DNA from: an uncultured Acidobacteriaceae bacterium
Lineage (GTDB): Bacteria > Acidobacteriota > Terriglobia > Terriglobales > Acidobacteriaceae
DNA: 64,000 nt
Direction of reading: 5' to 3'
Assembly (NCBI GenBank): GCA_964235665.1
Contig: CAXSAY010000007.1
Location: forward strand, 30,896-94,895
Every line of letters starts with the position of its first letter. Positions within the stretch are counted from its first letter, which is position 1. A program made the position numbers and the translations under genes. Positions 1 through 9,888 of the stretch are shown here, in pieces. A model generated the notes under the pieces. It did no database searches. It was given only the letters and a program-made list of their open reading frames with translations, and was not told where the DNA came from.

Positions 1-125
1 TCTTTCCCGGACGCTTCGGCTACGTGGATCTCGTCCGCTATCTGATCAGCTATCGCGGCAAGCCCCACCTCTCGACCGCCCCCGGTCGCCCCGCGTTCGA
101 ACCCGCCGCAAAGCCGGAGCCCTGA
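1..125 (+). CDS. C-terminal fragment of a gene truncated by the window edge, product unknown
   Basis: Frame 3 is open from the window edge to TGA at 123-125 (...FPGRFGYVDLVRYLISYRGKPH...). Third codon positions are GC-rich like neighbouring genes. No family recognised. Confidence 0.3.
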   Translation, partial: FPGRFGYVDLVRYLISYRGKPHLSTAPGRPAFEPAAKPEP

Positions 126-136
126 TAGCCTCAGCC

Positions 137-1339
137 ATGCCTCGCCCGCTGCCACTCTGGGCCGTCGGTCTCGCCAACGCGCCGCTCGGCTTCTACTACG
201 GCTTTCTCAACACCTCGATGCCGCTGCTGCTTTCGCGTCAGGGCGTGCCGTTGCCGACCATCGCCACGGTCTCGGCGATCGCCTTCTCGCCAACCTTCTG
301 GGTGTTTCTGCTCGCGCCCTCGCTCGATCTGCGATTTACGCGACGCACCTGGTCCGTCTTCTGGGCCGCCGTTGCGGCCGTTTGTATCGTCGCTTCGGTC
401 TTCGCAACCAGCCGTCTTTCGGTCTTCACTGTCGTCGTTACGCTCGGCTGCGCGGCGGCGGCTCTCTTCGGCAGCTCCCTGGGCGGCTGGCTGCCGGAGA
501 TTGTGCCTGACGAGCAGCGCGGCCGCGCAGGCGCCTGGTTTCAGGTCGCGAACCTCGGCGCCGCCGCGCTCTTCGGCATCACTGCCGTGCTTCTGGTCGA
601 GCGCCTGGCCGCCCCGCTGGCCGGAGCGTTGCTGGCGCTGATCCTGCTTTTGCCTCTCGGCCTGCTCGCCTTCTTTCCCAGGCCTGCGGTCCCCACCCGC
701 TCCGCCGCTCTCGTCTTCCGTACGCTCTTCCGCGACCTCGCCGCCATCGTTCGTCAGCGCGAGGTCCTCCTTGCTCTTGTCGCCTTTCTCACGCCGGCCA
801 GCTGCTTCGCGCTCACCAACCTCTTCGCCGGCCTCGGCCCGGACTTCCACACCTCCGAGCGGTCCGTGCAGCTGGTTTGCGGCGCCGGGGTGGCGATTGC
901 CTGCTCTGCCGGCTGCCTGCTCGGCGGTCCACTGGCCGATCGCTTCTCGCGCATGCAGCTCTACATCCTTACTGGCCTGGCCGGCGCGATCGTGGCGGGT
1001 GGCACGCTGCTTGCGCCGCGGTCAACCGTCACCTTCGCCGCCGCCACGCTGGCCTACAACTTTCTACAGGGCATTAATTACACCGCCTACGCCGCCCTGT
1101 GCTTCCGCTTAGTCGGCCGCGACAACCCGCTGGCTGCTACACAGTTCAGCCTGCTCTTCTGCGCCACCTGCCTGCCCATCAGCTACATGACGTGGATCGA
1201 CGGCAGAGGCTACGCCGCGCACGGTCTGCGTGGCCTGTTCGCGACCGATGCCTTGGCCAGCCTGCTCTTCGGCGTGACGCTCCTGCTGATCACCAGTCTC
1301 GCAAGCCGGCCCACTCCGCCCGCCATACAACCCCGATGA
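137..1339 (+). CDS. MFS-type transporter (possibly AmpG/PAT-like permease)
   Basis: 400 aa, about 12 hydrophobic segments, Gly/Ala/Leu-rich with short basic loops (RFTRRTW, DRFSR), typical of MFS. The subfamily is a guess. Confidence 0.6.
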   Translation: MPRPLPLWAVGLANAPLGFYYGFLNTSMPLLLSRQGVPLPTIATVSAIAFSPTFWVFLLAPSLDLRFTRRTWSVFWAAVAAVCIVASVFATSRLSVFTVVVTLGCAAAALFGSSLGGWLPEIVPDEQRGRAGAWFQVANLGAAALFGITAVLLVERLAAPLAGALLALILLLPLGLLAFFPRPAVPTRSAALVFRTLFRDLAAIVRQREVLLALVAFLTPASCFALTNLFAGLGPDFHTSERSVQLVCGAGVAIACSAGCLLGGPLADRFSRMQLYILTGLAGAIVAGGTLLAPRSTVTFAAATLAYNFLQGINYTAYAALCFRLVGRDNPLAATQFSLLFCATCLPISYMTWIDGRGYAAHGLRGLFATDALASLLFGVTLLLITSLASRPTPPAIQPR

Positions 1340-1413
1340 CATCCGGGCGCTCATAAGGAGATCAGCCGCCAGCACCCCAAGTCTCCATCCGGCGCCACAA
1401 GAGGCAGGAACGC

Positions 1414-2313
1414 ATGCGCCTTCTCTCCGAGTTCGATATTCAATTTCAGCTGCCGGCGCCGACCGCCATGGTCGCCCTTCTGCATCTTCATCCGTCTCTT
1501 GATCCCTTCCTCGTCGGGCCGGACACGCTGTTGATCGAGCACGTCGACGCCACGTCCACCACGCTCCTCGAGCCCAGTCTCTACCTCGACAGCTTCGGTA
1601 ATCGCTGTGCCCGCTTCTCCGCGCCCGAGGGTGGTCTTCGCCTCAGTGGCCGCAACATAGTCGAGATCCCCGCCGAGCCGGATCCAATTAACACGGGCGC
1701 CGCCCAGGCGCTCGTGCACGATCTTCCGCCCGAGACCCTGCAGTTTCTGCTCTCCAGCCGCTACTGCCAAGTCGATCAGATGAGCGGCATCGCCGGCGAT
1801 CTCTTCGGCTTTACCTCGCCCGGCTGGGCGCGCGCCATCTACATCCGCGACTGGGTCCATAACCATATCGCCTTCAACTACAAGATGGCTCGCCCCACCA
1901 AGACCGCGCTGGATGTCTTCACCGAGCGGGTCGGCGTCTGCCGCGACTTTCAGCATCTCGCCATCACGCTCAGCCGCGCCATGAACATCCCAGCCCGCTA
2001 CGTCACCGGCCACCTCGGCGACATCCGCCACCACTACAGCGGCCCCGGTGACTTCTCCGCCTGGTATGAGGTCTTCCTCGACGGCCGTTGGTGGACCATG
2101 GACGCCCGTCACAATGACCAGCGCTATGGCCGCATCCTGATGGCGACCGGCCGCGATGCCACTGACGTTGCCCTTACCACCAGCTTCGGCATCGCCAACC
2201 TGACCCATTTCTCCGTGGAGTCAAACGAGGTCGACGAGCAGAATAACAAGCTGCCCGTCCCGCCGAATCCCAGTCTCGTGCAGTACGCGCCCGCGCCCAT
2301 CATCACCGCCTAA
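1414..2313 (+). CDS. transglutaminase-like cysteine protease family protein
   Basis: Transglutaminase core motif GVCRDFQHLAITLSRAMNIPARYVTGH followed by a WYEV...GRWWTMDA segment. The N-terminal domain is typical of bacterial transglutaminase-like proteins. Confidence 0.8.
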   Translation: MRLLSEFDIQFQLPAPTAMVALLHLHPSLDPFLVGPDTLLIEHVDATSTTLLEPSLYLDSFGNRCARFSAPEGGLRLSGRNIVEIPAEPDPINTGAAQALVHDLPPETLQFLLSSRYCQVDQMSGIAGDLFGFTSPGWARAIYIRDWVHNHIAFNYKMARPTKTALDVFTERVGVCRDFQHLAITLSRAMNIPARYVTGHLGDIRHHYSGPGDFSAWYEVFLDGRWWTMDARHNDQRYGRILMATGRDATDVALTTSFGIANLTHFSVESNEVDEQNNKLPVPPNPSLVQYAPAPIITA

Positions 2314-2992
2314 GCTCAGTGTGAGCCGCCCGCGCCAGCGCAGCAATGTCGCGGTTGTTAAGGATCGGCTCTGCCTGTGCCCCGCGAGCGACCTCGAGCA
2401 TGGCGCGGCCTACCTCTTCGGTCGTTGTCACGTGCGTGGGCAGAACGGCGCGAAGCAGGGGAAAGAGCGGAGTCGCAACGGAATAGATCATGCGGTAGAG
2501 ACGCGTCTTTGAGGTGATTCCGTGCAGCGGCTGAATGATGCCTGGACGAAACATGTACGCCGCGCGAAAGGGCAGCGCGAGTAGAGCATTCTCGGTACGA
2601 CCTTTAACCCGCGCCCACATGGATCGGCCTTTCTCGGATCGATCCGTGCCTTCGCCTGAGACGTAGACGAAGACCATCCTGGGATTGACCCGCACCAGCG
2701 TGCGCGCAGCCGCCAACGTGGTGTCATGCGTGATCCGCGTGTAATCGGCTTCCTTCATACCTGCCGAACTCACCCCCAGCGAGAAGAAGCATGCATCGTA
2801 CCCGGTCAGAGCAGCCGCGACTGGCTCGAAGTCCTGGAAGTCCGTCACCCTAAGCTGCCGCAGCTTTGCGTCTGTGCTTTGGAATGGGGAGCGCACCACC
2901 GCCAGCACATCGCTGACATCCTCAGCCAACAGGCACTCCCGAAGGACGCCCTGCCCGACCATCCCACTCGCACCAAACAGAACCACCCGCAT
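2303..2992 (-). CDS. NAD(P)H-binding Rossmann-fold protein (atypical SDR/epimerase-like)
   Basis: N-terminal MRVVLFGASGMVGQGV dinucleotide-binding motif; 229 aa. Confidence 0.7.
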   Translation of the reverse strand: MRVVLFGASGMVGQGVLRECLLAEDVSDVLAVVRSPFQSTDAKLRQLRVTDFQDFEPVAAALTGYDACFFSLGVSSAGMKEADYTRITHDTTLAAARTLVRVNPRMVFVYVSGEGTDRSEKGRSMWARVKGRTENALLALPFRAAYMFRPGIIQPLHGITSKTRLYRMIYSVATPLFPLLRAVLPTHVTTTEEVGRAMLEVARGAQAEPILNNRDIAALARAAHTELRR

Positions 2993-3095
2993 ACTCGCAA
3001 CGCCCCCCGCCCTATCCTACGATCTCCGGTCCGATCTCCGCCTTATACTCGGACTACGTTTATTCCGGGCCGATCAGCCCGTTTGAAGGAAGTGC

Positions 3096-3671
3096 ATGGC
3101 CACCCTGATTGAAGCAATTAACATCAAGCGCAAGTCCGTCTTCGAGTTTGAAAATGCACCGTACGCCTGTCTCGATTCAGACATCAGCACGCCAACCGCC
3201 CGTGGTGGCCAGACGCTGGTTCGCCTCAAGATGCGTAACCTGCTCACCAATGCCGTCTTCGAGAAGTCTTTCAAAGCAGGCGATCGCTTCAAGGAGCCCG
3301 ACCTGGTTCTCGTGCCCGTCTCTTACCTCTACAGCGACGGCGATGGCTCGCACTTCCTCGATCAGGAGTCTTACGAAACCCTGACGCTGGCGCCTGAGAC
3401 CGTTGGCGACGCGCTTGACCTGCTCATCGAAGGCACCTTGCTCCAGATGCACAAGTACAACGGCAATCCGATCGCGCTGCAGCTTCCAATCTTTGTCGAC
3501 CTGGACGTCGCCTACACCGAGCCCGGCGTACGCGGCGACTCGTCAAGCGGCAGCGTCACAAAATCCGCGCGGCTTGAGACCGGCCTCGAGATCCGCGTGC
3601 CGCTCTTCATCAAGCAGGGCGAAAAGGTTCGCGTCACTACCGAGACGCGCGAGTTTGCCAGCCGCGCTTGA
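3096..3671 (+). CDS. efpL: elongation factor P-like protein, EfpL/YeiP subfamily
   Basis: 191 aa with three-domain EF-P layout. The loop DISTPTARGGQTLVRLKM resembles my recollection of E. coli YeiP (SPTARGAATLYKMRF), not the canonical EF-P KPGKGQA loop. The C-terminal part has TEPGVRGDSSSG...LETG..I.VPLFI. Confidence 0.8.
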   Translation: MATLIEAINIKRKSVFEFENAPYACLDSDISTPTARGGQTLVRLKMRNLLTNAVFEKSFKAGDRFKEPDLVLVPVSYLYSDGDGSHFLDQESYETLTLAPETVGDALDLLIEGTLLQMHKYNGNPIALQLPIFVDLDVAYTEPGVRGDSSSGSVTKSARLETGLEIRVPLFIKQGEKVRVTTETREFASRA

Positions 3672-3700
3672 GCGAAACCCGGCAGCAGCCTGGGCGCAGA

Positions 3701-5587
3701 CTAGACCGCCTTCACATAGGTCGAATACATTCGTTCCCCGAGCTTCGTCCACGGCACAAACCGTCGCGGTCCGGTCGGCGTGGTTACGCTCCACTCGCTC
3801 TCACCTGTCTGCTGCGCGCTCAGCATCGCGTCAACCGGCAGGCTAAGTACGCCGCTCTCCCATGGGTCCCGCACCGCGAAGAGCACCTGCGGCCCGCGCA
3901 GCAGCGCCAGCGTATCCAGATGCATTGGACCGCCCTGCATCGGCATCGCCTCCAACCGGAGCGCCATCGGCAGCGTCAGCGTCACCGTGTCGCCCTGCCT
4001 CCACACCCGAGTCACACTGGCAAAGCCTCGCTGCACGTTTACAGGTATCGCTTCGCCGTTCACCCGAATCGCGGCGCCGCTGCCCGCCCATGCCGGAACG
4101 CGCAGACGCAGCGCCACAGAGATGGGCTGCGACACCGTTGACCATCGCAGCATAACCGCACCATCCGCCGGATAGCTCGTCGTCTGCTCGAGCACCAGCG
4201 ACTGCGCGCCCTCCTGCCAGCGAAGCGCGGAGGGCTGGTAGAGATTCACCCACACCGCTCCCGGCTCGTGCAGATAGCCGTTGATGCCGTAGTCCGCCGC
4301 CAGCTGCGGCTGCGTGCCAGAGCAGCATGGCCAGCGATGCACGCTGTAGATCCGCTTCGCCATCACGTTGTAGTCCGCATAGTAGAAGGAGTGGCCGTCC
4401 GGCAGCAGCGGCAGTGAGCCCAACGCCGCATTGTGGATCACCCGCTCCATGCTGTCGCCGTAGAGCCCGTCGCGCGTCGCCCGCAGCAGGTACCGCGTCA
4501 GCTTGGTGTGCGCGAAGCTGCCGCACGGCACCTCAAAGCTGTTATGCGTGTTGGTCAGACTCGCGGCTACCTGGCCGTAGCCGGGCTTGCGAAACAGCTC
4601 GTCCGGCCCCCATCCCCCTGTCACAAAGCTTTGCGCCTGAACCATCGCGAAGGCATTCTTTGCGGCGTCGAAGTGCATCGTGCTGCCGTCCACGAAGTAC
4701 GCCTGCATCGCGGAGCAGAGCGCGTTCAGGTAGCTGTAAGCGTGCCTGTCCGAGAGCTGATTCTCCCCGCGCGCCAGCGGCGCAAAGAAGGTCTCATTCT
4801 CCAGATACTCCCGTGCCATGCGACGGTACCGGCTCCCTGCGCCTGCACTTGCCGCGCGATACAGATTCTCCGGCATGGTGTAGCTCTCGTCCCACATAAA
4901 CGAGGCGTCTTTGCCGAGCGCCCATTGCCGTTCCCGTTCAAGCGCTTTCCCCGGCAGGCTGGCGGTTGCCGCCGCAGTGACCCGCTCCAGCGTCTCCCAT
5001 GCTCGCGTGTCAGCAGCCAGCGCTTGCGCATCGGTCAGGCCGCAGACCAACTTCTCATAGCTGTAAGCAGGAAAGCGCGTCCCCGCAAAGTAGTCCGGCG
5101 TGATCTCCTCGCGCAACAGGGTATGCAGCTGCACGGCCCGTTCGCCCATCGCGGTCTCGCCGGTCGATCCATCCGCTCGCGAGCCCGCATGCAGCCGCGC
5201 CATCGCGGAGGTCCACTGCCCAAAGGTCGAAGCAGGCGCAAATCCGGCATCGTCATGGTGAAAGTCGAAGTCCCCCTTCCACTCGTACCATCCACCCAGG
5301 CTCACACCCGCTGCGGGCTTGCCCGCCATCTGGCGAAACGGCTTCATCAGGCTGTCCTCGTTCAGCCCGAGAAGCACGCTGCGAGCCTGTGCCTGCTGCG
5401 CGGTCTCCAGCTGCCCGCGGACCTCCACCTGGTCGTAGCGGAACTCGTCAAGACTGCCCGGCGAGCTTGCCTGACCACCCGTCGTCACCCTCTCCGCCCG
5501 GCCTCCTGTCGCCGCAACGGCGCCCGCCGCGGATAGCCCTCGTAGCACGTCCCGTCGCGTCAGAATCACACACACTCCCGATCTCAC
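3701..5587 (-). CDS. glycoside hydrolase family 127-like (DUF1680, beta-L-arabinofuranosidase family), Tat-exported
   Basis: 628 aa. Twin-arginine signal TRRDVLRGLSAAGAVA. HRWPCCSGT Cys-rich motif characteristic of GH127/DUF1680. Confidence 0.7.
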   Translation of the reverse strand: MRSGVCVILTRRDVLRGLSAAGAVAATGGRAERVTTGGQASSPGSLDEFRYDQVEVRGQLETAQQAQARSVLLGLNEDSLMKPFRQMAGKPAAGVSLGGWYEWKGDFDFHHDDAGFAPASTFGQWTSAMARLHAGSRADGSTGETAMGERAVQLHTLLREEITPDYFAGTRFPAYSYEKLVCGLTDAQALAADTRAWETLERVTAAATASLPGKALERERQWALGKDASFMWDESYTMPENLYRAASAGAGSRYRRMAREYLENETFFAPLARGENQLSDRHAYSYLNALCSAMQAYFVDGSTMHFDAAKNAFAMVQAQSFVTGGWGPDELFRKPGYGQVAASLTNTHNSFEVPCGSFAHTKLTRYLLRATRDGLYGDSMERVIHNAALGSLPLLPDGHSFYYADYNVMAKRIYSVHRWPCCSGTQPQLAADYGINGYLHEPGAVWVNLYQPSALRWQEGAQSLVLEQTTSYPADGAVMLRWSTVSQPISVALRLRVPAWAGSGAAIRVNGEAIPVNVQRGFASVTRVWRQGDTVTLTLPMALRLEAMPMQGGPMHLDTLALLRGPQVLFAVRDPWESGVLSLPVDAMLSAQQTGESEWSVTTPTGPRRFVPWTKLGERMYSTYVKAV

Positions 5588-5758
5588 AGCCGTGTCGCTC
5601 TTATGCAGGACACGCTCACGTTCAGCCTACGCCAGCATGCCGACACGGGCACCTCCTCGGCAAGCGGTGCCACCCTCCGCAACGATCCGTGCCGCCTCCT
5701 CACTTCTCCCGAAAATCCGGAGTGTGGCCATGGACCCCCTCCCGGCACCATACTAGCT

Positions 5759-7093
5759 ATGGCCACCTTTCTTATGCCCGCACCGACACCAACCCGCATT
5801 CCGCCGACCGGCGACTTCGCCGGCAAAGCCTGGCAGCAGGTGCTCGCCCGCGACCCCGCCGGCGACGGCCAGTTCGTCTACGCCGTCCGCTCAACCAAGA
5901 TCTTCTGCAAACCGTCGTGTCCCTCGCGCCGGCCTACCCGCCGCAACGTCAGCTTCTTCACCCTGCCCGCCGAGGCCGAGTCCGCGGGCTATCGCCCTTG
6001 CCTTCGTTGCAAGCCAAATGACGGCGCGGCCGCTCCTGATCCGCTCATCACCACCCTGGCTGCTGCGACGGAGTACCTGCAGCAACACGCCCGGCACGCC
6101 GTGAACGCCCGCGTCACTCTCGCCTCACTCGCCACAGCCATTGCGGTCGACGCCTCGACCATCACCCGTGCCTTCGATCGCATCCTCGGCGTGACGCCGG
6201 CGCAGTACGCCCGCAGCCATCGCCTGAACGCCTTCCGCGAACATCTTCAGCCGGCTCCTGCCGTGGTCGATCGTGATGCGGCGTCGCCTGAGCCACCCAG
6301 CATCACCGACGCCATCTACGCCGCTGGCTTTGGCTCCTCGTCGCGCTTGTACGAGACCAGCGCCGACACCCTCGGCATGACGCCCTCTACCCTTCGCAGC
6401 GGCGGCGAGGGCGCCACGATCCACTACACGCTCGTTCCCAGCCCGCTCGGCCGAACCCTGGTCGCCGCCACGGCCACAGGGGTCTGCGCCATCACCTTCG
6501 GCGACTCCGATCCGCAGCTCCGCGCCGATCTCGCAGCCCGCTTCCCGAAGGCCGCCCGCCGCGAGGTCCCCAACCCCGCCGCCGTCCTGTCGGCTGTGCC
6601 CGATCTCTCCTCAGCCGATCCCGAAGACATCACGGCACACTGGCTGGCAGAGGCCTCCCACTTTGTCCTCGCTGGCCTCTCCGAGAGCCCCATCGCCCGC
6701 ACCTTTCCGCTCGACGTCCGCGCCACTGCCTTTCAGCAGCGCATCTGGCAGGCCCTCCAGGCCATTCCGCGCGGAGAGACTCGCAGCTATGCCGCCGTAG
6801 CTGCGTCGCTCGGCCAGCCGTCCGGCGCCCGCGCCGTTGCGACCGCCTGCGCGGCCAATCCCGTCGCTCTGGCCATACCATGTCACCGTGTAGTCGGCGC
6901 AACCGGAGCCCTGACCGGCTATCGCTGGGGCCTCCATCGCAAGCAAACGTTGCTCAGCAGGGAGAAGGAGTCGGCGGTCCCGCCAAGTGGTGACGTGTCG
7001 CCGGACCTTGACGACGCCGATCCCACCCGCAACAATCCCCCTACTTTCAAGCCACTCACACGCAACCTTCGTCCCTCGGCGGTGTCCAATTGA
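5759..7093 (+). CDS. ada: bifunctional Ada: methylphosphotriester-DNA methyltransferase / AraC-type regulator / O6-methylguanine-DNA methyltransferase
   Basis: N-Ada zinc site W..VLARDP..DG.FVYAVRSTKIFCKPSCPSRR...YRPCLRCKP; central AraC-like HTH; C-terminal AGT active site IPCHRVVG. The track ORF starts at 5603; I chose ATG 5759 (MATFLMPAP) by comparison with the E. coli Ada N-terminus. Confidence 0.85.
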   Translation: MATFLMPAPTPTRIPPTGDFAGKAWQQVLARDPAGDGQFVYAVRSTKIFCKPSCPSRRPTRRNVSFFTLPAEAESAGYRPCLRCKPNDGAAAPDPLITTLAAATEYLQQHARHAVNARVTLASLATAIAVDASTITRAFDRILGVTPAQYARSHRLNAFREHLQPAPAVVDRDAASPEPPSITDAIYAAGFGSSSRLYETSADTLGMTPSTLRSGGEGATIHYTLVPSPLGRTLVAATATGVCAITFGDSDPQLRADLAARFPKAARREVPNPAAVLSAVPDLSSADPEDITAHWLAEASHFVLAGLSESPIARTFPLDVRATAFQQRIWQALQAIPRGETRSYAAVAASLGQPSGARAVATACAANPVALAIPCHRVVGATGALTGYRWGLHRKQTLLSREKESAVPPSGDVSPDLDDADPTRNNPPTFKPLTRNLRPSAVSN

Positions 7094-7187
7094 CGAACCG
7101 ACCTTTCCGGCGAACGCACATGGGGCAAGCCGCTCCTTGTACGTCGACATACAGCACCCCGATCCGGTACTTGGCGCTTCTTCATCT

Positions 7188-8393
7188 GTGAGCACGACCG
7201 TCCCCATCCCGGCCCACGCCCCGTCCGCGCCCGTCAGCGGCCATCCGCGCAAGCCGCCCTTGCCGGCTCTTAGCGGCGTTCGTACCCTCCTTGCCATCAG
7301 CATCATGCTCTTTCACTTCACGCCGCCGCATATGGAGTGGCTGCATCCCCTGCTCGACAACAGCTTCATCTTTGTCGGCTGCTTCTTTCTCATCTCCGGC
7401 TACATCCTAACTTATAACTATGGCGACCGCGCGCTCACCCTCATCAAGCGCGACTTCTGGTTCGCTCGTTTCGCTCGGCTCTATCCCACCTATCTCTTCG
7501 TTCTCCTGCTCTCCCTTCCCATGCTCGCTGCGGAGTGGCAAGCCCGCTCCCATACTGAGTTCTGGCAGGGCCTGATCCTCACGCCGCTTCTCCTCCAGGG
7601 CTGGAGTCCGTCGCTCGCCACCTTTTGGAACACGGTCGCCTGGACGCTCTCAGCCGATGTTCTCCTCTATTTTGCCTTTCCCTACCTCATCCTGCTCTGG
7701 GCCCGCAACGCCCGCTGGCTGGACCGCCCGTGGCGCGTTGTCGGGGTCGTCCTCCTGCTCTGGCTCGTCGGCCTGACCCCCCACACCCTCTACCACTTCT
7801 TCAACCCGGACCACCTGCCCGCCCCTGCTGACCGCTACACCGGCACCTACTGGATGCGCGTACTTAAGTACACTCCGCCCGTTTATCTCTGCACCTTTCT
7901 TGCCGGCCTCGCGCTCGCCAAGCTCCACGCGCTCCTTACCTTCTCCGAGCGGCAACGCCTGCTCATGAGCGCGCTCGCCCTGACCGCTATCTGCCTCTTC
8001 TTCTACCTTGCCGCGCCTCACATCCCGTACGTCATCGTGCATGGTGCGCTGCTTCTGCCGCTCTTCTGCCTGCTCATCCTCGGTCTCAGCGGTCCCAACC
8101 TCATTACCAGCCTCTTCGCTCTGCGCCCGCTTGTCATCCTTGGCGAGACCACGTTCGCTCTCTACCTTTTGCACTTCAACGTCTTCGAGATGATCCATAA
8201 CTACCATCTGCTTGAGCGCACGCATCTCACCGCGCTCGATCCCTGGATCTCGTACGTCGCCATCATCGCGCTTGCCTACGCGACCGTTCGTTGGGTAGAA
8301 AAGCCCGCCCGCAAGTTGATCCTGACGAACGCCAAAAAGCGAGGCGAGATCGTCCGCAAAGAGCCTGACCTCGACCCCACTCCGATTCCCTGA
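7188..8393 (+). CDS. acyltransferase family 3 (OafA/YrhL-like) membrane protein
   Basis: LSGVRTLLAISIMLFHF opening motif of the Acyltransferase_3 family, about 10 TM segments. The track ORF begins at 6987 and overlaps ada by 107 nt; in-frame GTG 7188 is my preferred start but is uncertain. Confidence 0.7.
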   Translation: MSTTVPIPAHAPSAPVSGHPRKPPLPALSGVRTLLAISIMLFHFTPPHMEWLHPLLDNSFIFVGCFFLISGYILTYNYGDRALTLIKRDFWFARFARLYPTYLFVLLLSLPMLAAEWQARSHTEFWQGLILTPLLLQGWSPSLATFWNTVAWTLSADVLLYFAFPYLILLWARNARWLDRPWRVVGVVLLLWLVGLTPHTLYHFFNPDHLPAPADRYTGTYWMRVLKYTPPVYLCTFLAGLALAKLHALLTFSERQRLLMSALALTAICLFFYLAAPHIPYVIVHGALLLPLFCLLILGLSGPNLITSLFALRPLVILGETTFALYLLHFNVFEMIHNYHLLERTHLTALDPWISYVAIIALAYATVRWVEKPARKLILTNAKKRGEIVRKEPDLDPTPIP

Positions 8394-8493
8394 AGTGCCC
8401 GGCACAACGCTGTCGAAAGCCTTTGCTTCGGTTAGCCGCCGCACTCCTGCAGATCCAGCCAGGTCTCACAACCGATACGCGCAGACGTAGAAA

Positions 8494-8515
8494 AGCCCCG
8501 CTCGCCGGCGGGGCT
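8494..8515. terminator. hairpin terminator between convergent genes
   Basis: agccccgc (8494-8501) pairs with gcggggct (8508-8515), loop tcgccg. Flanked by aaaa upstream and tttctt downstream, so it could act on either strand. Confidence 0.7.
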
Positions 8516-8534
8516 TTCTTACTTCTAGACCACG

Positions 8535-9788
8535 TTACTGATTGTTGACGACCTGCGTCGCATGCTGTCCGTTAGCGACCGCAACCAGGCAACTGGGCAA
8601 CGCTGTCGCCGGGTAGGGCGTGTTCTGAATCTGCTTCAATGTCCCATTGTTCGGGCTAAGCTGCAGGCCGGAGACTGTCTGATCGCCGTTGTTCGACGTA
8701 TACAGGTAGATCCCAAGCGCCGGCTCAATCGCTACGCACGTCGGGTTGGTGTTTACGGTTACTGAACTCGATCCGACGGATCCCGCGAGATTTCCCGTTG
8801 CCTGATCGATCGTGTATGCCGTGACCGAGGCAGCGTTGAAGTTCGTCACGTACAGGTACTTGCCGCGTGGATCAATCGTCAGGTTAGACGGGAACTGTCC
8901 CGTCGCGAATGGTCCGTTCGTCATTGGCAGCGGCAGCCCGGTCGACGTAACCAGATACCCGCCAACCTGGTTTGACAGCGCGTCCGTTACGTAGATAAAG
9001 CGTCCAGTCGGGTCCACAGCAACACCGCTCGGCTGCACCCCGGACCGCGTTCCCGGCGGCAAAGCCTGTCCCGCGGCAACGACCTCCGGTACGCGGGTCA
9101 GCGTTGCGCTTCCTTGCGTCTGCGTAAAGGTCTGGATGTAGCCAATCGGCTCAGGAGTCGTGCTTCCAGCAGCGGTTATGCTCTCCCGATCCGCGACATA
9201 GATGAAGTGCGTCGTCGCGCCTGTTGGATACGGCGAGACGGCGATCCCGATCGGCGTATTTCCGGTATCGACCGAAGTTGTCTTCGAAAGGTCGAGCGTT
9301 CCGTCAGCCGCATTGATGGGGAAGATCGTCAGATTACCCGGTCCCGGAAGGGCCGCCGTAAACCCCGGTTGAAAGGTCGAGGCCACATACAGGTACGAGC
9401 CCGTTGAATCAATTGCCGCCGCCACAGGGAAGCTGCCCACGGTGTTGTAGGTATTCTGCGGGTAGATCTTGCCATCCGTCCCAACCGCGAACTGCACCAC
9501 GCTCGAGTCATCCCGGTTTAGCACATAGATGTACTTCCCACTAGGTGCTGCTACCAGCGTGACTGGATTTCTGCCACCTGAACTCGTGGGCGAGTTAGCC
9601 AACTGCGTCAGCGCGCCGGACTGGTAATCCACCAGGTAGCCATCCACCACGCCGGTCGTCGTTGTAGTGGATGCCGTGGCATACACATACGCCACCGTGA
9701 AGTCGCGGCTGCAGGAGATCGTTCCAAATCCAAGCGCTGCCGAAACCACTGCCGCCACGCTCCCGCGCCCAATTGCATTCCAGTTCAT
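8535..9788 (-). CDS. beta-propeller lactonase-family (YVTN/Pgl-like) lipoprotein, paralog 1
   Basis: Repeated blade motifs (GKYIYVLNRDDSSVVQFAV, GSYLYVAS, HFIYVADRES, GRFIYVTDALSNQVGGY, GKYLYVTNFNAASVTAY, GIYLYTSNNGDQTVSG). Signal peptide MNWNAIGRGSVAAVVSAALGFGTISCS. Start chosen at Met31 of the track ORF. Confidence 0.75.
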   Translation of the reverse strand: MNWNAIGRGSVAAVVSAALGFGTISCSRDFTVAYVYATASTTTTTGVVDGYLVDYQSGALTQLANSPTSSGGRNPVTLVAAPSGKYIYVLNRDDSSVVQFAVGTDGKIYPQNTYNTVGSFPVAAAIDSTGSYLYVASTFQPGFTAALPGPGNLTIFPINAADGTLDLSKTTSVDTGNTPIGIAVSPYPTGATTHFIYVADRESITAAGSTTPEPIGYIQTFTQTQGSATLTRVPEVVAAGQALPPGTRSGVQPSGVAVDPTGRFIYVTDALSNQVGGYLVTSTGLPLPMTNGPFATGQFPSNLTIDPRGKYLYVTNFNAASVTAYTIDQATGNLAGSVGSSSVTVNTNPTCVAIEPALGIYLYTSNNGDQTVSGLQLSPNNGTLKQIQNTPYPATALPSCLVAVANGQHATQVVNNQ

Positions 9789-9840
9789 TCGTCTTCCAAC
9801 CCTTCGCAAGCCCAACAGCGCTTGCTGCTTTCCATTCGGT

Positions 9841-9865
9841 GCTGCCCCTGCGATGCAGGAGCAGC
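9841..9865 (-). terminator. intercistronic hairpin between the two propeller paralogs (possible attenuator/terminator)
   Basis: gctgc-c-cctgc / gat / gcagg-a-gcagc: 10 bp with one mismatch. No clear U-tract. It lies inside the coding region if paralog 1 really starts at 9878. Confidence 0.3.
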
Positions 9866-9888
9866 CGGTGTGTAGCAAATACCTGTGC

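Noticed and set aside
131-850. 239-aa minus-strand ORF antisense to the MFS transporter. Similar long antisense ORFs occur at 4433-5536, 16520-17350, 22484-23278, 32312-33427, 34795-35754, 39524-40597, 56619-57383 and 62902-63942.
   Set aside because: All are antisense or out of frame to genes with recognisable family motifs. They have extreme Arg/Gly/Asp/Ala composition and lack SD sequences or domain signatures, so I treat them as GC-driven artefacts.
3672-3700. Weak inverted repeat (cccggcagcagcctggg) between convergent efpL and GH127 genes as a terminator
   Set aside because: The stem is only 5 bp including a G-U pair, with no U-tract. That is too weak to call.
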